DNA of 64,000 nt from a virus (Duplodnaviria; Caudoviricetes), in the IMG/VR virus record IMGVR_UViG_3300035498_000327, positions 8,708 through 72,707 of that record; one strand, 5' to 3'. Below are positions 30,683 through 40,765 of the stretch, one piece after another. The first letter of the stretch is position 1. Each line of letters starts with the position of its first letter. A program made the position numbers and the translations under genes. The notes under the pieces are model-generated. The model did not search any database and was not told the DNA's origin. It saw nothing but the letters and a program-made list of their open reading frames with translations.

Positions 30683-32440
30683 TTAGCATTTAAAGTTTAC
30701 ATAGAGGCAACCTTCATCTCCGTCTCCAGTGTCTACACTAAGGAGTCCTGGTAATGAGGATATCATTCTGTCTTTCATAAGCTCTTTCTCTATATGCTCT
30801 ATAGTCTTATGAAGAGCCTGACGTACATACTGAGATCCATCATAGATAGACAGAGCCATAAACTTCTCATTCACTATTTCTACTCCGCATGTAAGCTTAG
30901 GAACGTTTCTGTTCTTATTGAAGCCATCAAATTCATCACTATCTATAGTGATATCGTTAGCCTTCATGAATACATCGAGATCCTTGCGAATCTTCTTTTG
31001 CATATTAGGATCTTTGTTGTATCTCCTAACTATTTCCCTTACTCTAGCAGTGACTATATCCATAGTATCCTGCTTCTCAGTGTCCAGATCTTCTGGTTTC
31101 ACTTCTGTATATCTGTCGTTTTTCTTTTTTAGAAACCCTTCGATGAGTGACCCATCAGATTCTCTGATATTTGTTCTCTTAGCAGGAAATCCTTTAGGTA
31201 ATGGTTTAGGCTTAACTCCTTTAGGAGGAGTAGAAAGAAGATAGTATCCTAACTTAGCATCAGCTTCCTTTAACTCAGATGGCTCTATATCGGTTCTAAA
31301 GTCATCAAACTCATTCTTCTTATCAAAATATGGTTCATCTTCAATGAATTCATAGATAGAGCCGGAAGCAGACATGATAGTACTATTGTCATCAAATCTA
31401 ACTTCATATAACCCATTCCTAAACTCATTTCTAAGTTGCTTGAGTAAACCATTATCCATATCCTCATAGCCGCCGCCCATACAAGATTTCTCAAACTGCT
31501 CAAAATTCTTGCAGCTCGGTGAATGTTTGCTACAATAGTATTTAGCAAAATCTGACGGTTTGATATGGAGATACTTTAGTACGTACTCATATTCATAGAA
31601 ATCATCTGCCGTAGCCTTAAGAGCATTGTTATAATCATTCATTGCCCTCTCTATGACTTCATCATGGTTAACAACAGGAGCGTTGTTTTTCTTCTTGCCA
31701 AAGAGTCCTTCTGTTACTACCGCTTCGCTGAATGGTACTGTTCCGAAGTACTTTTCACACTCCGTACAGAGAAATACAGGTTCACCCTTTAAGAACACCT
31801 TAACCTCTCCACCACATTTAGGGCAAGTTCTAGGAACTTTATCACCTTTATCGTTGACATAAGCAATCTCTTCTAAGAAAGATTCCTTAAAGTACTTATC
31901 AACAACATTAGTTGCAGTAAAGTACTTGTTATCAGGGTCAAGCATCTTTAAGGATTTCTCTAAGTCGCCAATTATATAAGGAGCTTCGAGTTTGAATATC
32001 TTATCTAAACGAGTTACCTGGATTTCCTTCTGAACTTCATTTACACGGCGTAAGCCATCTTTGACTCTAGCTGCCATTCTCTTCTTCATCTTAGGATTCT
32101 TCATATATGGAAGCAAAGCCTTTGTAAGAGTAGATATATAAGGCTTATTATAATGCAGGTTCAAATCAGCAACTCGTTTCTTACCAACCAAAGTATCTAA
32201 AACGAAAGTATAACATGCAAATGCAGTGTTCTCCTTAAACTGAGGATCTGTGTCTTTGACAAGCTGAACTGCCTTCTTAGAAACTTCTGCTGGAGATAAC
32301 TTAAGATCTTCAGGCTGTAGACATTTGATTTTTGACTTTTTCATTAGCTCGACACGTTTCTGGTAATCCTTTTCAGATTCCAGAAGTATATTTACTGTTT
32401 CCTCTATCTCTTCTATCGCTTCTTTATCGGCATCACTCAT
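30683..32440 (-). CDS. probable internal virion protein with zinc ribbon
   Basis: CPKCGG...CTEC; coupled to upstream late gene. Confidence 0.6.
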   Translation of the reverse strand: MSDADKEAIEEIEETVNILLESEKDYQKRVELMKKSKIKCLQPEDLKLSPAEVSKKAVQLVKDTDPQFKENTAFACYTFVLDTLVGKKRVADLNLHYNKPYISTLTKALLPYMKNPKMKKRMAARVKDGLRRVNEVQKEIQVTRLDKIFKLEAPYIIGDLEKSLKMLDPDNKYFTATNVVDKYFKESFLEEIAYVNDKGDKVPRTCPKCGGEVKVFLKGEPVFLCTECEKYFGTVPFSEAVVTEGLFGKKKNNAPVVNHDEVIERAMNDYNNALKATADDFYEYEYVLKYLHIKPSDFAKYYCSKHSPSCKNFEQFEKSCMGGGYEDMDNGLLKQLRNEFRNGLYEVRFDDNSTIMSASGSIYEFIEDEPYFDKKNEFDDFRTDIEPSELKEADAKLGYYLLSTPPKGVKPKPLPKGFPAKRTNIRESDGSLIEGFLKKKNDRYTEVKPEDLDTEKQDTMDIVTARVREIVRRYNKDPNMQKKIRKDLDVFMKANDITIDSDEFDGFNKNRNVPKLTCGVEIVNEKFMALSIYDGSQYVRQALHKTIEHIEKELMKDRMISSLPGLLSVDTGDGDEGCLYVNFKC

Positions 32441-34329
32441 TCCGTCATAAAAGACTCACTCACAGATTTACTAGAAGTCTCGATCTTCTTTAAGTTAGCT
32501 TCCACAGCAGTCAGCATCTTCTTAGCATCCTTATCATTAGGATTCTTCTTAAGTTCTTTCTCACACTTCTTCTTAAGCTGATTGAGCTTAGTATTGAGCT
32601 TCTTCATGTTAGCCTTCTTAGCCATACCATTAAGCCCACCCAAGAACTTCCAAAATGCTCTAAGAACTACTACTGATAATGCTAAAGCTACTGTAAAGGT
32701 TATAGTTACTCCTACAGTAAGTACAATAGCTCCAAGAACTGCGATACAATAAGCAGCGCCTTTAAGATCGGAATCAAATCCAGTTCTTAATGTCTTCTCT
32801 ACAATCTTTGGATCTGTAAGATCTCTCTTTGTGAACTTCATCTCCTGTAAGATTGTTTCTTCGCTAATATATAAGCCAGCAGCTAATTCAGAAGATTCTT
32901 TTAATACTGGATTCTGAGAGTCCAGTATCTTCATACATGTTTTAGCATCAGCAAGTATCTTCTTAGCATCAGATGAGGTAAACATCTTGTCTCCCTCTGC
33001 TGCTTTCTTAGTACAGTTCACGATTACCCTACTGCAATAGCCGGTTACATACTGCTTATCCTTCTCAGATAAATACTTGCTACCAAGCTTGATGATAGTA
33101 GAAGCAGTATTAGGATAACCTTTCTTCTTACCTGTCAAATAGTAATCTGTAAGAGCCATTGCTTCCATGAAGTATGATTTAACAAATCCACTTTTCTGTT
33201 TGTCGCTGAATTCGTTATCAGAGAGTATAGTTTTGATCTTTTTACTTAAATTTGAATCATTGGAGATATAATCATCCGTAGTAGGCTTTAAGTCCTTCTC
33301 AACTTTCTTCATGAAGAGTTTCTCCTGGAGAACGGACTTAGTGTGTCTATCATACATATCTCTGTCTAAAGCAGACTCATATCTGAAGCCACTATCTATA
33401 GTTTCAGAGCCTACTCTCATGATAGCATTAGTGTAGGTAACAATAGTACGACCGCAAGCACCCTCTATTTGCCTCTGGTTGTTTATATACGACCCACAGT
33501 AAGCATTGGTTATGATCTCTGAGAAGGAAGGAAACAACTCACAACCGAACTGGCATCCTGCTCCGTATATCCAATTCCACTTCTCAACGAAGATATCAGT
33601 ACCCATACCTTTAAGCTTAAAGGTATTAGAGATAGATGTGATGATAGTGTTGATGTTTAAGAGATCTTCATCGCTGTAGTAGATCTCGATAGTGTTAATA
33701 TCTCTTCTCTCTATACCGGAAACCTTAGCGGCAAGATTCTTTACACTCATATCTTCTCTACTTAAACCAAGGATACTGACCTGGAAATACATAGCCAGAA
33801 TGTAAGCAATCTTGTTACGGTTTTCAGAGTATCCGCCTAATCTAAGATAGTCAAAGATATGACTAGCCAGAGCAACAAAGCACTCTGTACCGGACTGAAT
33901 GACTGTAGAGTTATTGGTAATTCTCATTGGATCGTTGTAGTAGACGATATTAGTCATAGCAGATAAGAGATATGTACATAGCACATCTATCTTATTGCAG
34001 ACATAGTACCCATTCTTTTCTGATATCAGACCAGAGCAGTCAATGAATACCTTAAGTGATCTGTCCGTCTTTACGTCCTTGCAAGTAAACACCTTAAATG
34101 ATGCAGGTAATCCTTTGTTGTAGAAGCTAAGTACCACATCATCTCTCATGAGTACTCTAGACAATACAGCACTGGTTTGTCTGCGCTTTACATCTTCTAT
34201 TATTCCCATAAACTGCTGGGATCGCTTATCGATTCTTTCGGCCTTCATAACGTACTCAAGAATGTTTCTCTCATAATTGGGTATCTTGGTGTACAGATAT
34301 GAGTTGGCGAATGTCTTAACCTCATTCAT
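32437..34329 (-). CDS. probable virion protein
   Basis: start MNEVK after AAAGGAGG; late promoter at 34361. Confidence 0.6.
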   Translation of the reverse strand: MNEVKTFANSYLYTKIPNYERNILEYVMKAERIDKRSQQFMGIIEDVKRRQTSAVLSRVLMRDDVVLSFYNKGLPASFKVFTCKDVKTDRSLKVFIDCSGLISEKNGYYVCNKIDVLCTYLLSAMTNIVYYNDPMRITNNSTVIQSGTECFVALASHIFDYLRLGGYSENRNKIAYILAMYFQVSILGLSREDMSVKNLAAKVSGIERRDINTIEIYYSDEDLLNINTIITSISNTFKLKGMGTDIFVEKWNWIYGAGCQFGCELFPSFSEIITNAYCGSYINNQRQIEGACGRTIVTYTNAIMRVGSETIDSGFRYESALDRDMYDRHTKSVLQEKLFMKKVEKDLKPTTDDYISNDSNLSKKIKTILSDNEFSDKQKSGFVKSYFMEAMALTDYYLTGKKKGYPNTASTIIKLGSKYLSEKDKQYVTGYCSRVIVNCTKKAAEGDKMFTSSDAKKILADAKTCMKILDSQNPVLKESSELAAGLYISEETILQEMKFTKRDLTDPKIVEKTLRTGFDSDLKGAAYCIAVLGAIVLTVGVTITFTVALALSVVVLRAFWKFLGGLNGMAKKANMKKLNTKLNQLKKKCEKELKKNPNDKDAKKMLTAVEANLKKIETSSKSVSESFMTE

Positions 34330-34360
34330 TGCAGTTATGCCTCCTTTGCATATAATCATT

Positions 34361-34372
34361 TACATTAATGTT
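34361..34372 (-). promoter_or_regulatory. late promoter AACA-N6-TA
   Basis: reverse strand AACA TTAATG TA(A). Confidence 0.65.
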
Positions 34373-34396
34373 CCGGATATCTGTTTTGGTTGAATT

Positions 34397-34406
34397 ATAT
34401 ATTATA
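34397..34406 (+). promoter_or_regulatory. candidate early promoter ATAWAYTATA
   Basis: ATATATTATA. Confidence 0.45.
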
Positions 34407-34445
34407 AGCATGGTAACCAAATAATAATTCTAAAGGAGGGTAGTA

Positions 34446-34595
34446 ATGAAGAAGTGGAAAGAGCTTACAAATGAAGAGAAGATAGAGCAGGAGATGAAAA
34501 TGACTGCTACTCTATTAGCTGGTGCTATTGTTGAAGTAGTACTACTGACTATATCACTGGCTATTCTCGTAAACAAAATCTTATCATTGTACTAA
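34446..34595 (+). CDS. 49-aa membrane peptide
   Basis: read manually; AAAGGAGG RBS; hydrophobic C-terminus. Confidence 0.55.
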   Translation: MKKWKELTNEEKIEQEMKMTATLLAGAIVEVVLLTISLAILVNKILSLY

Positions 34596-34598
34596 AAG

Positions 34599-35057
34599 AT
34601 GGAGGTGAAAGAGGTGTACGATGAAGAGAAAAAGAAACTAAAGTTGTTCGCAGTTCGTGCTCATGCTAAAGAGAATATAGATGAGTTATATGATCTTCTA
34701 TACTGTGTAAATAATGAGAACGAGGCTAAGAAGATATTCCTTAAGGAATATGGCAAACGACTTGAAATTGATGGCATCCATCCAGTCGTAGGAAACTATG
34801 CCACTCTATACTATTTCGTAGACAATGTGATATTAGAAGGTGGCGACCACAGCTCATACACTGTTAATGCTAGAGAGAATAATAGTGGTGAGTTTACTGT
34901 AACTATTGACAATGTGCTAGGAGTTTCAGACATGGTAATCAAACAGAAGAACTGCCATTCTCATCAGCAACTTGTGGAAGATGGTGTGTATATCTATACA
35001 CTAATCGTTATGATAAGTTTGGATGACTGTTCACCAAGATATGTCTGGTACGATTAA
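34599..35057 (+). CDS. hypothetical protein
   Basis: 152-aa ORF. Confidence 0.6.
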   Translation: MEVKEVYDEEKKKLKLFAVRAHAKENIDELYDLLYCVNNENEAKKIFLKEYGKRLEIDGIHPVVGNYATLYYFVDNVILEGGDHSSYTVNARENNSGEFTVTIDNVLGVSDMVIKQKNCHSHQQLVEDGVYIYTLIVMISLDDCSPRYVWYD

Positions 35058-35118
35058 AGACATCAATGTGTTGACTCTATGAAGAAACAAAAGTAAAAAT
35101 TTGAGGAGGAAAGTAACA

Positions 35119-35805
35119 ATGAGTGAAAAGAAGAAAAATAAGAAGGGCATCGATGGGGGGATGCTGGTAATATTCGTATTATTGTGCATCATATTGTTTT
35201 ACTCTCTCAGTGGAAAGCTCTACAATGCTACACGTAAAGCAACAGATGAGTCAACAGAAAGTACACTTGTAGAGGAAACAACCACTGAGAGTGAACCGGA
35301 AGAGGCAGAAACAACTACAGATACTATAAATGTACAGTCGGAGGAGCCGGAGCAAACAGAAGAAGTAGAGGAAGAAGAACCAGTTGCTACAGTTGATAGC
35401 GAAGACGGTGAAGATCCAGATGAAGACTATGTATATGAAGAACCGATTATGCCGGATGGTCTTTATCTTTACTTTGTAGACAGCGATTATGTAACAGTAG
35501 GTATTACTACTACTGGTACTGATGAGAATGGACTTAGAACTGGCAAAGCTACATTCTATTCTTATAGTAAAGGACAGAGTGTAGAAACTCATGAAGCAAG
35601 CTTCATTGAGGATAGCGAGGACTCTAATACGTTCACATGTAGTGATGATAAGTACATACTTAAAGCATTAGACTATGGTGCACTTAGAGTCCAGCGTGCA
35701 TCTAAAGATGATACAGAGACCGGATTTGAGAATACTTATATTTTTATATACGGTTTCGATGGTTATAGTGAGACTGTTGTTAGGAGTGATAATAGTGGTC
35801 TTTAA
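35119..35805 (+). CDS. membrane-anchored exported protein with acidic linker
   Basis: basic N-terminus, TM helix, E/T-rich stalk. Confidence 0.65.
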   Translation: MSEKKKNKKGIDGGMLVIFVLLCIILFYSLSGKLYNATRKATDESTESTLVEETTTESEPEEAETTTDTINVQSEEPEQTEEVEEEEPVATVDSEDGEDPDEDYVYEEPIMPDGLYLYFVDSDYVTVGITTTGTDENGLRTGKATFYSYSKGQSVETHEASFIEDSEDSNTFTCSDDKYILKALDYGALRVQRASKDDTETGFENTYIFIYGFDGYSETVVRSDNSGL

Positions 35806-36244
35806 TATCATCTCAACACTAGAAGTTGAGACAACAAAGTATTCTTATAGCCTAAATCCGGATGGGACTAGAGCTATAGATACAGAACACAGTGAGCAGG
35901 AGACCTTCGTGTTTAAGTTCGACTCATTATCGAATGAGCGGATTATATTCAGGGAAGGTCCTCCTGTACTGGGAGTAGATGGTAAAGAGATGTACTTCGA
36001 TATGAAGAATGGTTCTCTTAGAGGAATACACTTTGAAGACTCTGAGCATATCTGGATAGTGCGTAAGCCAAAAGACTTCATGTCACAGTGTAGAGAAGCC
36101 TACTTGAGACAGAAGATTACAGAACGATTCCTTGGTATTATGGATGAGTCTCCTGCTAGTAAGGATAAGGAGGAGCTATCTGAGATACTGGATGAGTTTG
36201 AAGTATCTGGTAAACTAGAAGAAGAGGACTACTTAGAAGAGTAG
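35759..36244 (+). CDS. hypothetical protein (start uncertain)
   Basis: open frame; hydrophobic N-terminus if started at 35759. Confidence 0.5.
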   Translation: MVIVRLLLGVIIVVFNIISTLEVETTKYSYSLNPDGTRAIDTEHSEQETFVFKFDSLSNERIIFREGPPVLGVDGKEMYFDMKNGSLRGIHFEDSEHIWIVRKPKDFMSQCREAYLRQKITERFLGIMDESPASKDKEELSEILDEFEVSGKLEEEDYLEE

Positions 36245-36290
36245 TCCTCCTTCCTTTGTCTCACAGACTTTTATTTTTTATACTCGCTGG

Positions 36291-36302
36291 AACACCATAT
36301 TA
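36291..36302 (+). promoter_or_regulatory. late-type promoter AACA-N6-TA
   Basis: AACA CCATAT TA(A). Confidence 0.6.
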
Positions 36303-36327
36303 AAAATCTCTAGGAGGTGGATTTATA

Positions 36328-37287
36328 ATGTCTGCGATGGACCTTATCATGATGAACAGACAGATGACTGACAATCCTCTATATGTACACAACGACAATG
36401 GGGACAGAATAGATTTAAGCGATCAACCAATGTTTGAACAACCTAATTTCATAGATTCTGTTGGCTCTGACTTACTGAATAGAAACAATAACACAGTATT
36501 CGGCAGATACATGTATAACGGGGTTAGAGTACCTCGTGTTACATATGTATTGAGTTACTGTGCAGGAAATAGAGAGTACCTTATGGAATGGGCTGCTAGA
36601 CTAGGTGATAACTACACTGTAGTGAGGGACAGAACACTTAGTGCTGGTACTAAAGCTCATGAGGTAATAGCAGAATACCTTACTAGTGGAACTACTTACA
36701 CAATGAAGAATGTTCCACGTACTAACCGCAGGGAAGTAAAGAAAAGTGTAAACAATTTTATGGCTTGGTATAATCATGTAACTCTCAACCTTGGCTGGAA
36801 GGTTGAGATTTTCCTTTCGGAAGTTCCACTAATCTGTCCTTGGTGTGGTGGAACAGCAGATGCTATACTTATAATCAACGGAAGGAAGTTCTTAGTAGAC
36901 TTCAAGACCTCTAAGAAGATTAGTCCAGATTACTTCATACAGGTCTCTGCTTACAAGTGGATCTTAGACAACTTCTATCCTCAGTATGGTCCTATAGAAG
37001 GAGTAGGTATACTAAGATTTGATAAATCTGCTGATACTTATGAGGATATATTCTTAGAAATGAATGTTCCACAAGATGCTCAGTTTATACTTCATTGTCA
37101 GCAGGTATTCGGCTTAGCCTTAAACATGTTCTACACTATGAATGTCATCACAGCTGAGGCTAATAATATAAGGAATGAGAAGAAGTCACAGAGTAACATC
37201 GGTGCTATATCAGAAGGTATTAAGCAAGCTCCTGTAGTGAACAAGAGAGCTGAAGCTAATAAAGAGTATAAGAGAAAGAGGGGATAG
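36328..37287 (+). CDS. PD-(D/E)xK exonuclease (RecB/Cas4-like fold)
   Basis: GTKAH...SEVPL...GTADAI...VDFKTS...QVSAY. Confidence 0.8.
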   Translation: MSAMDLIMMNRQMTDNPLYVHNDNGDRIDLSDQPMFEQPNFIDSVGSDLLNRNNNTVFGRYMYNGVRVPRVTYVLSYCAGNREYLMEWAARLGDNYTVVRDRTLSAGTKAHEVIAEYLTSGTTYTMKNVPRTNRREVKKSVNNFMAWYNHVTLNLGWKVEIFLSEVPLICPWCGGTADAILIINGRKFLVDFKTSKKISPDYFIQVSAYKWILDNFYPQYGPIEGVGILRFDKSADTYEDIFLEMNVPQDAQFILHCQQVFGLALNMFYTMNVITAEANNIRNEKKSQSNIGAISEGIKQAPVVNKRAEANKEYKRKRG

Positions 37288-37291
37288 GGAA

Positions 37292-37855
37292 ATGATGATA
37301 TACAAGGTTCTTGACACGAACAACGAAATCAATAACTGGTATCGCTCCAGTAATCTTCCTAAGTTAGTAAGGAAGATGATAGCGAAAAGTAAGAGGAACA
37401 AGCTTCGTAAGTTTGTCAATCAGTACGTTAACGATGAAAACCATCTCTTTACCTTAGAAGAGATATACGAGTTCATTGAATACTGTAACAGGTCTTTAGA
37501 TCATCCGGAGATGTATCTGGAGTCTATCTTGTGGATAGATGAAGATCCTTGGAACGTATACTCTACCACGTTTAAGTGTGACGTAGATGAAGAGAATAAG
37601 ACTTATATATTCTCTATCAGCAATATAAGTATGAGAAGTAATGAGTTCATTCTCAGTATCAGAGAGCGTAACGTCAAAGGTATTCGGACTATAGCAGCTA
37701 TCAATTGTAATGAGACTGGGTTAAGAAGTGGTGTTAGAGATAAGCCAGAAGATATACAGAACTTAGTACGTGGATTCAATGCTATGATAGCAGAGATGAT
37801 GGGCGTTTTGCTTAACAAGGCTCTTGATAGATCAGAAAGGATATATGAGATATGA
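37292..37855 (+). CDS. hypothetical protein
   Basis: 187-aa ORF in operon. Confidence 0.65.
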   Translation: MMIYKVLDTNNEINNWYRSSNLPKLVRKMIAKSKRNKLRKFVNQYVNDENHLFTLEEIYEFIEYCNRSLDHPEMYLESILWIDEDPWNVYSTTFKCDVDEENKTYIFSISNISMRSNEFILSIRERNVKGIRTIAAINCNETGLRSGVRDKPEDIQNLVRGFNAMIAEMMGVLLNKALDRSERIYEI

Positions 37856-38511
37856 AAAGAGATACAGTGAATAATGAGTTCTTGAAACTCGTATATGACT
37901 TCTATGACTATTATAAGTTTCCTCCTGAGGAGAAAGTAGTAGAAGTTAAGAAAGGTGAAGGATTACTTGGGTTCCTTAAAACTACCACCATTACCGAGAA
38001 GGATATTGCTCGTGAAGAACTGTATAGCTCCTTATCTAAGATGCATAAGTCCCTTAAGAATGATACTCCAACGTTTGATAGACTGTGGGATTTTTGTGAG
38101 TTCATAAGGGTAGCAGAGAAGATCTTCTTCTATTACAATAGCCCGGAAAATGATCTGTATGTAGAAGCAGATATTACTAATGCTGGCTCTGGAACTAGAA
38201 AGTTCAGGATATCAGATACAGAACTCGGTACAGAGCTTAGGTTCACCTTAGATAAGGATGTCTTAGGTGTTAACAGTATCCGTATCATAATAGTAAGAGA
38301 CTATGGACTAAAGATGGAGAACTCTTATACTATAGCTGATGGACAGATAAACTACCAGGATACATCAGACCTCTACTTGATCAATGAAATCAACTTCAAG
38401 CTTAAGAAGGTTATGAATAACTCCTTTACGCAGATACTGCGCTTTATAGAACCAGACTATAGTAAATATGAGATACCAAAGGAGTTTGATTACTATGACG
38501 CCAAACTATAA
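37852..38511 (+). CDS. hypothetical protein
   Basis: 219-aa ORF, ATGA overlap. Confidence 0.65.
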   Translation: MKRDTVNNEFLKLVYDFYDYYKFPPEEKVVEVKKGEGLLGFLKTTTITEKDIAREELYSSLSKMHKSLKNDTPTFDRLWDFCEFIRVAEKIFFYYNSPENDLYVEADITNAGSGTRKFRISDTELGTELRFTLDKDVLGVNSIRIIIVRDYGLKMENSYTIADGQINYQDTSDLYLINEINFKLKKVMNNSFTQILRFIEPDYSKYEIPKEFDYYDAKL

Positions 38512-38518
38512 TAGAGGA

Positions 38519-39613
38519 ATGCTTGTTGAGGTTCATATAGCAGACTTACACTTTGCTGCTTTTGACCCTAAGACACAATTTGATATACTGCAAGAACAGT
38601 TCTTGAATGAGATAGCTACATACCCTAGGATAGATATAATAACTGTCCTAGGGGATATTTTTGATCATAAGCTGATGTCTAACTCTGATGGAACTATGTT
38701 TGCAGTTCAGTTTATTGACAGACTTATTGGAATAGCTAGAGCTAAGAATGCTACAGTAGTATTGCTTGCTGGTACCATGAGTCATGACTCAAATCAGCTT
38801 AAGTTATTCTATCACTATGTCAACGACCCTACTGTTGATGTAAGGGTAGTAACCACGTTACAATTCGAGATGATTAAGGGAGCTAGAGTACTATGTATAC
38901 CAGAACTATATGGGTTAGATGAGAATATCTACAGACAACACTTGTTCGGAAGCGGATGGTATGACTCCGCTTTCATGCATGGTACGTTTAAAGGAGCAGT
39001 ATATGGAGATACAGTAGGTAATGGAAGACTGTTTAGAATAGAGGACTTCATAAACTGTAGCGGCCCTATCATCTCTGGTCATGTACATAATGCTGGCTGC
39101 TTTGATGGATACTTCTACTATTGTGGGTGCCCATATAGATGGAAGTTCGGAGAAGAACAAGAAAAGGGTTTTATCGTGTTAATACACGATTTAGACTCCG
39201 GAGCGCATTATGTACATTTTAACAAGATTGAGAGCTTCAGATTTGATACAATTTACGTCGACGAACTGACTAATGCAGACCCTAAAGCGATAATCGATTA
39301 CATAAATGACCTTAAGTATAGAAGAGGTATAGACTTCATTAAGGTTAGATTTAGGGTCCCAGTAACAGGAGCTAGTAAGACTATCATCAGTAACTACTAC
39401 AGAAACATTAACGATACTACTGTGGAGTTTCTTGATGTAGAGGAAGAGCAAAAGAAGAAGATGGAGGATAAAGTAAAGAACTCAGAGTACGACTTCTTAG
39501 TCAGTGATCAGTATACTGATATGGAAAAGTTCATTATGTACGTGAACCATCAGGAGCAATCACAGTTTATCACAGTAGACCAACTAAGAGCATTATTAGA
39601 GGAGGAGGTATAA
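38519..39613 (+). CDS. sbcD: SbcD/Mre11-like metallophosphoesterase nuclease
   Basis: IADLHF, LGDIFD, GTMSHD, MHG and SGHVH motifs. Confidence 0.85.
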   Translation: MLVEVHIADLHFAAFDPKTQFDILQEQFLNEIATYPRIDIITVLGDIFDHKLMSNSDGTMFAVQFIDRLIGIARAKNATVVLLAGTMSHDSNQLKLFYHYVNDPTVDVRVVTTLQFEMIKGARVLCIPELYGLDENIYRQHLFGSGWYDSAFMHGTFKGAVYGDTVGNGRLFRIEDFINCSGPIISGHVHNAGCFDGYFYYCGCPYRWKFGEEQEKGFIVLIHDLDSGAHYVHFNKIESFRFDTIYVDELTNADPKAIIDYINDLKYRRGIDFIKVRFRVPVTGASKTIISNYYRNINDTTVEFLDVEEEQKKKMEDKVKNSEYDFLVSDQYTDMEKFIMYVNHQEQSQFITVDQLRALLEEEV

Positions 39614-39614
39614 T

Positions 39615-39791
39615 ATGGATATTAGAGTAAAAACTAGTGGTTCCGTTTTCTTTCCGAAGTACTTTAAGAATTGGAAAGTAGAAGCTTTCCGTAAGGCTCA
39701 TAAGGAAGGCAAGATTGAGTTTGAGACCGTGTATCAGTTTTGCAGTAACAAGCTTAAGCCTGTAGTGAAAATTAAAGCTAAGGAGGAATAA
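39615..39791 (+). CDS. 58-aa basic small protein
   Basis: read manually (MDIRVKTSGSVFFPKY...); GGAGG RBS. Confidence 0.6.
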   Translation: MDIRVKTSGSVFFPKYFKNWKVEAFRKAHKEGKIEFETVYQFCSNKLKPVVKIKAKEE

Positions 39792-39795
39792 GAAT

Positions 39796-40065
39796 ATGAT
39801 TATAGCTATACACGTATCTGATGATGAAATCACTTATACGGATAAAGTGCAGAAACTAGTTGATGGTTTCGTAGAACCAAAGAAAGAAAGTGCACATGAA
39901 ACTAGGGAAGAGATCAAGGAAGCATTATCAGATATCCTGGGCATTAAAGTTAATGATGTAACGCTTGTCGGTAATGAATTGCTTCGGTTAATTGGGCACT
40001 ATATTGAAAAAACGGAATACAATATGAGAAGTCTCAGTGCTTTAATTTCAGTCTTTAAAGACTAA
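39796..40065 (+). CDS. hypothetical protein
   Basis: 89 aa, AAGGAGG RBS. Confidence 0.65.
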   Translation: MIIAIHVSDDEITYTDKVQKLVDGFVEPKKESAHETREEIKEALSDILGIKVNDVTLVGNELLRLIGHYIEKTEYNMRSLSALISVFKD

Positions 40066-40071
40066 TGAACA

Positions 40072-40456
40072 GGTGGAGATCGTTGCGCTTGGTGGCTTCG
40101 ATGTGCTTATGCTGGTAGTTATGTGCAAACTTGTAGCTGTTCTTATAGTGGTGATCCTGCATATGAATGGTACGTTACTAATACTAAAATTTGTGTGCCG
40201 CTGGTGGAGATCGTTGCGCTTGGTGGCTTCGATGTGCTTATGCTGGTAGTTCTACAGTAGCTTGTTCTGCTGGAGGTGTTGGTAGTACTGAGCGTAATGC
40301 TATTTCTTCTAAATATGGTGTACCGCTGGTGGAGGTCGTTGCAGTTGGTGGCTCCGAGATGCTTGTGCTGGTAATACTGTTAATGCTTGTTGTATTGGTG
40401 CTGGTGCATGTATTCCTTCATACTATGGGGTAAAAGATACTTACGTTGGTGTGCCG
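40072..40456 (+). repeat. cassette array block 1: three head-to-tail units (40072-40200, 40203-40325, 40328-40456)
   Basis: each unit reads GG(D/G)RCxWWLRxAxAG-variable-(C/G)VP; CT junctions; units 1 and 2 share 49 identical nt. Confidence 0.9.
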
Positions 40457-40476
40457 ATTAGAAGGAGGTGATACTT

Positions 40477-40755
40477 TTGCATTCTAAGGTTAATTATATT
40501 ATTGATCAAACTTTACGTACTCTAGGTGTAGAATTAGAGGTATTCGATAAACTGAATAAGATTGTCAAGATATCTGTCCCTAAAGAATCTTGGGATTATG
40601 TAGAAAGAGACCTGGATTCTGAAGCACTGGCTAAGAACATAAAGAGGTCTTTTATACAACTACGTTTCATCGATGATAGCTGGAAGTTCTCCTATAGAGT
40701 AAGTAATAAAGTATGGACTAAAGAAGAGTATATGAAAGTAAGAAGTAAGACTTAA
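40477..40755 (+). CDS. 92-aa hypothetical protein embedded in the cassette array
   Basis: AAGGAGG RBS then TTG start. Confidence 0.65.
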   Translation: MHSKVNYIIDQTLRTLGVELEVFDKLNKIVKISVPKESWDYVERDLDSEALAKNIKRSFIQLRFIDDSWKFSYRVSNKVWTKEEYMKVRSKT

Positions 40756-40765
40756 AGATATTAAA

